This document shows positions 12,031 to 20,209 of a stretch of 64,000 bases of DNA, piece by piece; position 1 is the first letter of the stretch, and each line of letters opens with the position of its first letter. The position numbers and the translations under genes were made by a program. The stretch is from NCBI GenBank assembly GCA_965224085.1, contig CBDCYI010000005.1:1376001-1440000 (forward strand), in the 5' to 3' direction. The notes under the pieces were generated by a model, which was given only the letters and a program-made list of their open reading frames with translations, had not been told where the DNA came from and made no database searches. This stretch comes from Candidatus Marinacidobacterales bacterium. GTDB lineage: Bacteria; Acidobacteriota; Vicinamibacteria; Marinacidobacterales; SMYC01.

Positions 12031-13497
12031 TCATTTCGGGACGGACGACAGCGCATCCAGATCCGCCGGCCAGCGCGGATGTCGTGCCTCGCGGATCCGC
12101 TCGATGGGGCCGATGACGACGGTGTCCATGGTCCGCGGGTCGAGATATTTCTTCGCCACCGCTTCCACCTGATCGGCACTCACGGCCTCGACATCCTTCG
12201 GCCAGGAAAGAAGGCGCCCGGTGTCCCCATCGTGGAGCGTCGCCAGAGCATAGGCGGCGGCCGCACGGCGGGCCCCGTCCAGGCTCTCCTGCCATTTCCC
12301 CAGCCGGAGAATACCCTTGGCGAGGGCGAGCTCCTCTTCGGTGACCGGTCGCTCATTACGATGAAGCGCGGCCATCTCTTCGCGGCAATATTTGATGAGA
12401 GGCGCCACCGCCTCCGGTCGCCCGCCGGTGCTGATGTGGAGCAGCCCGGCGCCATTCATCGTCTCGGGCAAGAAGAACGTTGCACGATTTGCGAGACCCC
12501 GTATCTCGCGGACAGAGATGTTCAGCCGCGTGCCGAGAACCTGTCCGAGTACGGCAAGCGGAGCTCGCTCGTCGGCAGGGACAGGACCGAGGCCACGTCC
12601 GATGGCGACCCAGCCTTCCAGCGTGTCGACATCGATGGTCTCCAGAGTTCCCGATCCATCTCTCGAAGCGAGCTCGCGGGGCTCCGCCGCGTCCGGGACG
12701 GGCTCGCCGAGCTCCCATCCGGACGTCAGCTCCTCCAGCAAGGTGACCGCCTCGTCGCGAGGTACATCCCCACCGATGCCGACTACGAAACGGTTCGGTG
12801 CGAGACTCCGCGACGCCAGCGCCCGGACCGCTTCGAGCCTGACCGCAATTCCGGGCTCGGGAGGAGAGAGCGGGTATCCTCCCAGTCGCCGCTCGAGCTC
12901 GACCTTCGGTTGGAAGCCTCGGCCGGTGACACCCGCCGTAGGAGAGGCAAACCCTGGTCCGGTCCGAAAGTCACCGAGCGTCGCTCGTTCCACGCGTCGG
13001 TTCCGCAGAAGGTCGATCATCACGCGGATCGCCTGCTCCCAATCCTCGGAAAGAACTTCCACGGAGAGCGTGAGGCCGTCGACGTCGAGCTCGGCGTCGA
13101 GTTGCGTGCCGAGGGATTCGAGCCGGAGCGACAAGGGCGGTGAGCCCTGCGAGTCGCTGGTCAGAACGCGCGTCAGCGCCTCCGAGCCGCCCGCCTCACC
13201 CTCTCTCTCGTAGAATCGCCCGATCGGAATGGCCGCCGTCACCCGGACTAGTGGGTCGGAGGCATCCGCTATCACGTAGGCCCGAAGACCGCTCGCGGCC
13301 TCCAACCGGGCCGTTTCCGGAGCGGGAGGTCGAAACGAGCTGGGCTCGAAGGTGAAATCCCGCGGATGTGGCCAGTCGTGCTCGAGGAGAGGGCGCGAGT
13401 GACCGGGAAGTATCGTTGCTTCCTGCTCGCAGCTGACCAGCACAAAGGTCGCGACGCAGCAAAGGCCTGCCGAAACGATGAACGTCTTCAGAGTCAT
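12031..13497 (-). CDS. M16 family peptidase-like subunit lacking HxxEH (lipoprotein)
   Basis: Lipobox-like LVSC; LGTRLNISVREIRGLA and VEAVSADQVEAVAKKYL are M16 C-domain patterns; ATGA overlap with upstream M16 gene. Confidence 0.8.
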   Translation of the reverse strand: MTLKTFIVSAGLCCVATFVLVSCEQEATILPGHSRPLLEHDWPHPRDFTFEPSSFRPPAPETARLEAASGLRAYVIADASDPLVRVTAAIPIGRFYEREGEAGGSEALTRVLTSDSQGSPPLSLRLESLGTQLDAELDVDGLTLSVEVLSEDWEQAIRVMIDLLRNRRVERATLGDFRTGPGFASPTAGVTGRGFQPKVELERRLGGYPLSPPEPGIAVRLEAVRALASRSLAPNRFVVGIGGDVPRDEAVTLLEELTSGWELGEPVPDAAEPRELASRDGSGTLETIDVDTLEGWVAIGRGLGPVPADERAPLAVLGQVLGTRLNISVREIRGLANRATFFLPETMNGAGLLHISTGGRPEAVAPLIKYCREEMAALHRNERPVTEEELALAKGILRLGKWQESLDGARRAAAAYALATLHDGDTGRLLSWPKDVEAVSADQVEAVAKKYLDPRTMDTVVIGPIERIREARHPRWPADLDALSSVPK

Positions 13498-15044
13498 GGC
13501 GAACTCGCTTTCCCCGGGTCGCTTCGCGTCGTGGCGATGACCCGATTCGATGAAACGAAGTAGCGGCGGGCCACCCGCGCGATGTCGTCCGCGGACACGT
13601 CCAGGCGGCGCGCCATGTATTCGGAGAGCGTTTTCCACGCGTCCATCGACTGGAAGTGGCCGATGGTGAAGGCGAGCTCCAGTCGATCCGCTCTGGTCTG
13701 CTCCCATTCCAGTCGGAGGGAGCGCCGGGCTCGTTCGAGAAGCGCGGGATCGAGATGGCCAGCTCTCAGCTCTTCGATCGCCTCGAGCATCGCTCGCTCG
13801 GTTGCCGGAAGCGCCTCATCGCTCGTTGCCGCAGCCACGAAGTTGACCGCCGCCGGCGTGCCGAAGCGGTAGATGTGGATCACGCGAAAGTCCGCGCCGA
13901 CGGAGCTCGCCAGCCCCTGTCCGATCAAAGGATTGCTGAGCAGACCGTGACGCCCCTGCGCCAGCGCCGCGATTGTGTCCAGCGCGGGACGGTCGGGGTG
14001 ACCGACTCCGGGAATGCGGTAGCGCACGACGATGCTCGGGTACAAGGGCTCTTCCCAGTCCAGCCGGATGGAGCTTCGCGGCACCGGTTCGGCTTCCAGA
14101 TCGAGCCGCGCCGGAGGCTCCGGCCCCCTCTCGATGATGCCGAAGTACCTTTCGGCAAGCGAGCGGGCGGTTTCCGCATCGATGTCGCCGACGAAGACGA
14201 GCGTGGCGTTGTTGGGAACGAAGTAGTCCTCGTACATTCGAATCATGCTCTCTCGATTGAAGCTCGCAAAGTCCCGCGGATGCCCGCCGTCCGGCGTGTA
14301 CACCGGATGGGCGAGAGCGGTCACGCCGTCGATCGCGTGATTCAGGCGCGTTTCGGGACGACTCAGCCCGTTCAGGATCTGCTCGAGCACGGTGAACCGT
14401 TGCGCTTCCCACCCGCGCAAAACGGCGTTCACCATGCGCTCGGCTTCCTGGCGAAAGAAAAGCCCGATCGCCTCCTTGGGCAGCTCCACCGTTATCTCGA
14501 GGTACTCTTGCTCCGTGCTGGCGGGTACCGGATCCTCGTGTCGTGACAAAGCGCCGTATCGGCGATACCAGTTGTACTCTTCCCAGAACACGCGGTGTGG
14601 CGTCTGGCGGTCTTCCAGCGCGTAGAGCTTTTTTCGCAGCGTTTCGATCGCCGTTGTGCTCGGCCAGTCGAGCTCGTCGTAGAACACCTCGCGGATGCGC
14701 AGCTGGTTGCGCGCGCGACGGCGCTCTTCGAGAAGCTTCTGTTCCGTCTCGTAGATCTCCTGGAGAATCGGCAGCTCCGCGTGGAAGTCGGTCGTTCCCA
14801 CCGTCGTCGTTCCCTGGTGAATCACGTGCTCGAGAAAGTGGGCGGCACCGTGCTCACCGGCGAGCTCCTGCATCGAGCCGAAGCGGTACCACAGGCTCGC
14901 CGCAACCCGGGGCACACGATGGTCCTCGACGACGAGCAGACGGAACCCGTTGTCGAGAACGCTCTCCTGGATGTCGAGCGGGCTCGCGGCGAAGGCGATT
15001 GCAGGAACAAACGCGGCGGCGACGAAAAGTCTGGCTCTTTTCAC
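13494..15044 (-). CDS. M16 family peptidase subunit with HxxEH
   Basis: GTG start after CAGGAG; LDNGFRLLV, GAAHFLEHV, YEDYFVPNNATLVFVGD. Confidence 0.88.
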   Translation of the reverse strand: MKRARLFVAAAFVPAIAFAASPLDIQESVLDNGFRLLVVEDHRVPRVAASLWYRFGSMQELAGEHGAAHFLEHVIHQGTTTVGTTDFHAELPILQEIYETEQKLLEERRRARNQLRIREVFYDELDWPSTTAIETLRKKLYALEDRQTPHRVFWEEYNWYRRYGALSRHEDPVPASTEQEYLEITVELPKEAIGLFFRQEAERMVNAVLRGWEAQRFTVLEQILNGLSRPETRLNHAIDGVTALAHPVYTPDGGHPRDFASFNRESMIRMYEDYFVPNNATLVFVGDIDAETARSLAERYFGIIERGPEPPARLDLEAEPVPRSSIRLDWEEPLYPSIVVRYRIPGVGHPDRPALDTIAALAQGRHGLLSNPLIGQGLASSVGADFRVIHIYRFGTPAAVNFVAAATSDEALPATERAMLEAIEELRAGHLDPALLERARRSLRLEWEQTRADRLELAFTIGHFQSMDAWKTLSEYMARRLDVSADDIARVARRYFVSSNRVIATTRSDPGKASSP

Positions 15045-15118
15045 GGTAGCTCCTGTCGGGAAAATGGACTTGAAGCCGAGCCGGATTGTATCCGTCTCTG
15101 TCGCCGAATGCCAACTTT

Positions 15119-16300
15119 TCAGCGCGAAGAGGCTTCCGGACGAGAAAGCGCCTCGAAACGCGCGAGGGCGGCGGCCGCCGCTGCCTCGTTTCCCAGGAAT
15201 CGATGCGTGAATCCGAGTCGATAGAGCGCTTCCTTGTAGTCCGGCGCGAGCTCGACCGCTTTGTCGAAGAGTTCGACCGCCCGCTCCAGCTCGTCTCGCT
15301 GCAGAGCGATCTTGCCGAGAGTGAAATAGGCTTCCGAGAATGTCGGATCGCGATCGATCGCCTGCCGGAAGTACCCCTCCGCACGTTCGAGCTCGTTGTT
15401 TCTGAGTGCGATGAGCCCCACCACGTGATAGGCGCGCATCAGATCGGGGTCCATTTCGATCGCGCTTTCGAGTAGCCGGAGCGCCTCCTCGTGTTTCGAG
15501 AACCTCCAAGCGATGTAGCCGAGCTGAAGGAGCGCCTCGCCCGAGCCGGGATGAAGCTCGAGAGATCGACGAAAAGATGCCTCGGCGAGAACGAGCTCCT
15601 CTTGACCCAGGTGAGCGCGACCGAGGTCGAAAAAGACGTCGGGAGCCGCGCCGCCTCGATCGATGGCCGCCTGGAGCTCGCTCTCGGCGAGCGGCCACTT
15701 TTCCTGCTTCAGGTACAGACCACCGAGGAATCGTCGGAGCTGTGGATCTCCGGGGACCAGAGAAACCGCCCGCGCGGCCGCCTCGATGGCCTCTTCGGTG
15801 CGACCGAGGAGATCGAGTGCGGCCCCCCGGAAGTACAGGGGCTCGGCTCTCGTCGGTGCCTCGCGTCCTGCTTCCTCGAGCAGTTCGAGGGCGCGATCGT
15901 AGTTGCCGGCCTGTCCCTCGTATTGGGCGAGGGCGAGCATCGCCTCGACGTACTTCGGATTCAGCTCGAGCGCGCGTTCCAGGTGAATACGCGCCTCCGG
16001 GCGGCTACCCCCCATGAGGTAGGCGGAACCGATTTGCAGCGCGACCTCCGGGCTCGCAGGGTAACGACCGAGAACTTTTTCGAAGAGCGCCGCTGCCTCG
16101 ACGAGCCGTTCCAATCGCACGTAGACCGCGCCGAGCTGAAACTGGGCGGGGGTGAAGTTCGGCTGCAACTCGAGTGTCCGCTTGAGCACCGACTCCGCGT
16201 CCAGGAGTTTGCCCTCCTGGTACAAACGCTTTCCGAGCTGGTAGCCTTCCTCCGCGGACTGAAGGGAGAGAAGTGTCGCGAGGAGGAGAAGAGCGCGCAT
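15119..16300 (-). CDS. Tetratricopeptide-repeat protein, exported
   Basis: Signal peptide followed by many 34-aa repeats (ALELNP..A...LG pattern). Confidence 0.9.
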   Translation of the reverse strand: MRALLLLATLLSLQSAEEGYQLGKRLYQEGKLLDAESVLKRTLELQPNFTPAQFQLGAVYVRLERLVEAAALFEKVLGRYPASPEVALQIGSAYLMGGSRPEARIHLERALELNPKYVEAMLALAQYEGQAGNYDRALELLEEAGREAPTRAEPLYFRGAALDLLGRTEEAIEAAARAVSLVPGDPQLRRFLGGLYLKQEKWPLAESELQAAIDRGGAAPDVFFDLGRAHLGQEELVLAEASFRRSLELHPGSGEALLQLGYIAWRFSKHEEALRLLESAIEMDPDLMRAYHVVGLIALRNNELERAEGYFRQAIDRDPTFSEAYFTLGKIALQRDELERAVELFDKAVELAPDYKEALYRLGFTHRFLGNEAAAAAALARFEALSRPEASSR

Positions 16301-16342
16301 GGCCGGACGTGCTCGAAAACTAGCACCCGTTTCGACGAGCTG

Positions 16343-18076
16343 TCAATCGACGCGCGACGGAACGTGACTCGTAGAGGCGCCGCTGTCGACATCCATGGGC
16401 AGGGCTTGCACGATCCCCCCTCCCTCTTTCACGACATAGAGGTGATCCGCGTCGAGTGGCCCCAGATTCTCTATCGTCCCGCTCGGCCATAGAAGCTCCA
16501 CCCGCTCCACCCCCAAAGTGTTTCCCAGGCCGAAGTGAACGCGCAGATCGTTGTGGCTGCAGTAACTGTAGGCACCGTGCACGTCTCGCAGTTGCTGACG
16601 GCCCGCAGCGTGAATCCGCACCCGCGTCCCGATGCCGTCGCGGTTGGCTTCACGCCCGACGGCCCTTATTGCCAGCATGTGATTCTGGTGTACCCCGTCG
16701 TTTCTCAGCAGGTTGGGCGACGCTCGCGAGTTGGTCACGAGGAGGTCCACGTCGCCGTCGTTGTCGTAATCACCGAATGCTGTTCCACGGCTCGAGCGGC
16801 TGAGCTCGAAGTGGCCGTCCGAGATTTCGCTCACGTCTTCGAATCGCCCGCGCCCATCGTTGTTGAATAGGAGGTTCGGCTGCTCAAAGAACACGCCGTC
16901 ATCGACGAAGTCGACGGTCTCCAGTACGTGGCCGTTTGCCACGAAGGCATCCAGATCGCCGTCGTTGTCGTAGTCGACGAAACCGGTCCCGAATCCTACG
17001 TACATCAAGCTCGGCTCGCCCATTCCGGACCGAGTGGTCTCGTCCACGAACCAGGCGCGTCCGGTGTTCCGATAGAGGGTGTTCGTCTCGTCGTAATAGT
17101 TGGTCACGAAGAGGTCCAGCAGACCATCTCCGTCGTAGTCGCCGAAGTCGACGCCCATCCCCGCCTCGGCGAGCCCGTCCTCGCTGAAAGCGACGCCCGA
17201 CAGGAGGCCGACCTCTTCGAAGCTGCCATCACCGCGATTTCGCCAGAGAAAGTTGGGTACCGAGTCGTTCGCGACGTAAATGTCCGTGTCGCTGTCGTTG
17301 TCGTAGTCGACCATCACGACGCCCAGACCTTTGCCCTCGTTGGTGGAGACGCCCGCCGAGCGGGTCACGTCGCTGAAAGACCCGTTCCCCTCGTTCCGGT
17401 ACAGGACATCGGGGAGACCGTGATAGACCCGCGGGTGACAGTAGTCTCGTCCGCCTGTCTCGGGACCCCCACAGACGATGTGATTCTCGAGACTGAAGTC
17501 GACATAGTTGGCGACGTAGAGATCGAGATCCCCGTCGTTGTCGATGTCACCGAACGCGCTACTCGTGCCCCAGAGCTCGCAACCGAGGCCGGCCTCCGCG
17601 GTCACGTCGGCGAACGTTCCGTCACCGTTGTTCCGGTACAGCACGTCGGGCCCGAAGTTGGTCACGTACAGGTCGAGGAACCCATCGTTGTCGTAGTCGG
17701 CGACCGCCGTCCCCATGCCGTAGCCGGGATCCCCCACCCGCGCGTGCGCCGTCACGTCGGTGAACGTGCCGTCCCCGTTGTTGCGATACAAAACGTTCCG
17801 GGGGGTCGTTTGGGTCTGAAAACCGGGGAGCGCCGCGCCGTTGACGAGATACAGATCGAGGAACCCGTCGTCGTCGTAGTCGAGCAGCGCGGCTCCCGCT
17901 CCGACGATCTCCGCCATGTACTTTTCCCCTGAGGAGCCCCGGACGTGGGTGAAGTCGATACCGGCGGCCTCGGTCCGATCGGTGAACGTCACCGGCACCG
18001 CATGGCTCGACTGTAGAAGGGTCGCGGAAGCGGTCCCGAGGCAAAGGATGGTTGCCAGGAGCGCAGGGTGAGGCAT
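16343..18076 (-). CDS. CRTAC1 family protein (FG-GAP/VCBS repeats + ASPIC/UnbV)
   Basis: Multiple DYDNDGxxDLYV repeats, LYRNNGDGTF, C-terminal NRDGIG...SYCSHNDLRVHFGLG. Confidence 0.92.
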   Translation of the reverse strand: MPHPALLATILCLGTASATLLQSSHAVPVTFTDRTEAAGIDFTHVRGSSGEKYMAEIVGAGAALLDYDDDGFLDLYLVNGAALPGFQTQTTPRNVLYRNNGDGTFTDVTAHARVGDPGYGMGTAVADYDNDGFLDLYVTNFGPDVLYRNNGDGTFADVTAEAGLGCELWGTSSAFGDIDNDGDLDLYVANYVDFSLENHIVCGGPETGGRDYCHPRVYHGLPDVLYRNEGNGSFSDVTRSAGVSTNEGKGLGVVMVDYDNDSDTDIYVANDSVPNFLWRNRGDGSFEEVGLLSGVAFSEDGLAEAGMGVDFGDYDGDGLLDLFVTNYYDETNTLYRNTGRAWFVDETTRSGMGEPSLMYVGFGTGFVDYDNDGDLDAFVANGHVLETVDFVDDGVFFEQPNLLFNNDGRGRFEDVSEISDGHFELSRSSRGTAFGDYDNDGDVDLLVTNSRASPNLLRNDGVHQNHMLAIRAVGREANRDGIGTRVRIHAAGRQQLRDVHGAYSYCSHNDLRVHFGLGNTLGVERVELLWPSGTIENLGPLDADHLYVVKEGGGIVQALPMDVDSGASTSHVPSRVD

Positions 18077-18221
18077 CTCTCGGTGTCTCTGTCTCGTCGC
18101 AACGGCGCTGGCCGAGGACGACGGCGCTTCAACGGGCACCGACCGCATGCTAGCATCTGCCGAAAACGGCTGTCAATCTCACGAATCGCTTGATGGTAGG
18201 CGTTATGATGCCGATCTCGGC

Positions 18222-19871
18222 ATGAGCGGATATCGTCTGTCTACGATCGCGCTCCTGGCCGGGCTCGTTCTGCCCGCGGCCGATTCGATGCACTTCGAAG
18301 ACGTCACCAAAGAAGCCGGCCTCACCTCCCCCAACATGTTCGGGGGCATCGACGAGAAGCGCTACATCCTCGAGACCACGGGCACCGGCGCGGTTTTCTT
18401 CGACTACGACGAGGACGGAGACCAGGACCTTTTCCTCGTCAACGGAACCCGACTGGACTACAGCGAGCTCGCGAGTCCTTCCAACACGCTCTACCGAAAC
18501 GACGGTCTCGGTTCGTTTACGGACGTGACCGGTGCCGCGGGCCTCGAGCGCTACGGTTGGGGCCAGGGCGGGGCGGCATCGGATATCGACAACGACGGCG
18601 ATCTGGACCTCTTCGTAAGCTACTACGGTCCGGACCTTCTGTACCGCAATAACGGAGATGGGACCTTCACCGAGGTCGGGGAAGCGGCCGGTGTGGCCGA
18701 TCGCGGTTGGAGCACCAGCGCCGCGCTCGCCGACTACGACCGGGACGGTTACAACGATCTCTTCGTCGCCAGCTACGTGGAGTTCGATCGGGACACGATC
18801 CCGGGGCCCGGGGAGGCTTCGAATTGCTTTTTCGTCGGCATCCCCGTGTTGTGCGGACCCAGAGGACTCCCGCCGGCGCGAAGCCGCTTGTACCGTGGTC
18901 GCGCGGACGGCACGTTCGAAGATCGAAGCGGTGTTTCGGGCGTCGCCGGGGAGGCTTTCTACGGCCTGGGTGCGGTTTGGGGGGATCTCGACAACGACGG
19001 CGACGTCGATCTGTACGTCGCCAACGACCAGACGCCGAACAACCTCTACCGAAACGAGGGTTCGGGGAAATTCACGGAGATCGCACTTTCCGCCGGCGTC
19101 GCGTACAACGCCGACGGGCGGGAGCAGGCCGGCATGGGAGTGGATCTCGGCGACTACGACAACGACGGCTGGCTGGACATTCACGTCACGAACTTCTTCC
19201 ACGATCACAACACGCTGTATCAGAACACCGGAAGGGGATTTTTTCGCGACGTGAGCTTTCCGTCCGGACTCGGCAACGATAGCTTCTTGTACCTCGGTTG
19301 GGGGACGGGCTTTCACGACTTCGACGCGGACGGTCGGCTGGATGTTTTTGTGGTCAACGGCCATATCTACCCGGAGCTCTCCTCGGAGCAGGTCGACAGC
19401 GACTACGCGCAGCGCGACCTGGTGTTCCTTCAGCGAGACGACGGGCGTTTCGAAGAGGTCGGTCGAAGCGCGGGACTCTCGCAGATGCAGGTCGGACGGG
19501 GAGCCGCGTTCGCCGATTACGACAACGACGGCGACGTCGATGTCGTGGTGACCAACATGAACGCCTTGCCGTCTCTGCTGCGAAACGACTCGCCCCCGCA
19601 TCACTGGATCGGACTGCGCCTCGTCGGAAGAGACAGCGCCCGCGATGCCCTGGGAGCGCGGGTCACGCTGGTGGCCGATGAGCGGACCCAGATGCGGGAG
19701 GTCCGGAGCGGCGCCAGCTATCTCTCGCAGAGCGACCTACGGCTGTTCTTCGGGCTCGGCGAGCGCGAGAGCGTCGATCGGGTCGAGATTCGCTGGCCCC
19801 GGGGCCGGTTGCAGGTTCTGGAGCGGCTTCGACTCGACGGCTACACCGTGGTCCTCGAACCACGTCCATGA
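18222..19871 (+). CDS. CRTAC1 family protein (FG-GAP/VCBS repeats + ASPIC/UnbV)
   Basis: DYDxDGxxDL repeats, CGPRGL, C-terminal SYLSQSDLRLFFGLG; divergent from its paralogue. Confidence 0.92.
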   Translation: MSGYRLSTIALLAGLVLPAADSMHFEDVTKEAGLTSPNMFGGIDEKRYILETTGTGAVFFDYDEDGDQDLFLVNGTRLDYSELASPSNTLYRNDGLGSFTDVTGAAGLERYGWGQGGAASDIDNDGDLDLFVSYYGPDLLYRNNGDGTFTEVGEAAGVADRGWSTSAALADYDRDGYNDLFVASYVEFDRDTIPGPGEASNCFFVGIPVLCGPRGLPPARSRLYRGRADGTFEDRSGVSGVAGEAFYGLGAVWGDLDNDGDVDLYVANDQTPNNLYRNEGSGKFTEIALSAGVAYNADGREQAGMGVDLGDYDNDGWLDIHVTNFFHDHNTLYQNTGRGFFRDVSFPSGLGNDSFLYLGWGTGFHDFDADGRLDVFVVNGHIYPELSSEQVDSDYAQRDLVFLQRDDGRFEEVGRSAGLSQMQVGRGAAFADYDNDGDVDVVVTNMNALPSLLRNDSPPHHWIGLRLVGRDSARDALGARVTLVADERTQMREVRSGASYLSQSDLRLFFGLGERESVDRVEIRWPRGRLQVLERLRLDGYTVVLEPRP

Positions 19872-20041
19872 ACACGCCACCGCGCGCTTGCGCCCGCTTC
19901 GACCAGTTAATCCAATTCAGTGGATTGCCATCCAAAGTATTGGAGGAATTCGACATGTTCGCCCTGGAAGCAAAGGCTCAGAGCGTGCATAATTTGTTGC
20001 ACAGAAAGACATTGACATCGTTCCCCCGATTCCCCAGTGGC

Positions 20042-20057
20042 TGGCGCTTTTCTTGCA
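20042..20057 (+). promoter_or_regulatory. Putative sigma-54 (-24/-12) promoter of the TonB receptor gene
   Basis: TGGCGC-TTTTC-TTGCA matches TGGCAC-N5-TTGCA with exact spacing, about 150 bp upstream of the ATG. Confidence 0.65.
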
Positions 20058-20209
20058 GGACATGTGCCGATTGGTAGGTCCACATCGGGCACTTCCATCA
20101 GCTATCGTCCACTTGCTGAACACCTACTGAAACAAGCGTGGTCGTACGAAACGTCGTGGGGCGGTTTCTTCGGCAAGCGTTTGCTACAAGAGAAGGAGGG
20201 TTACCAAAC

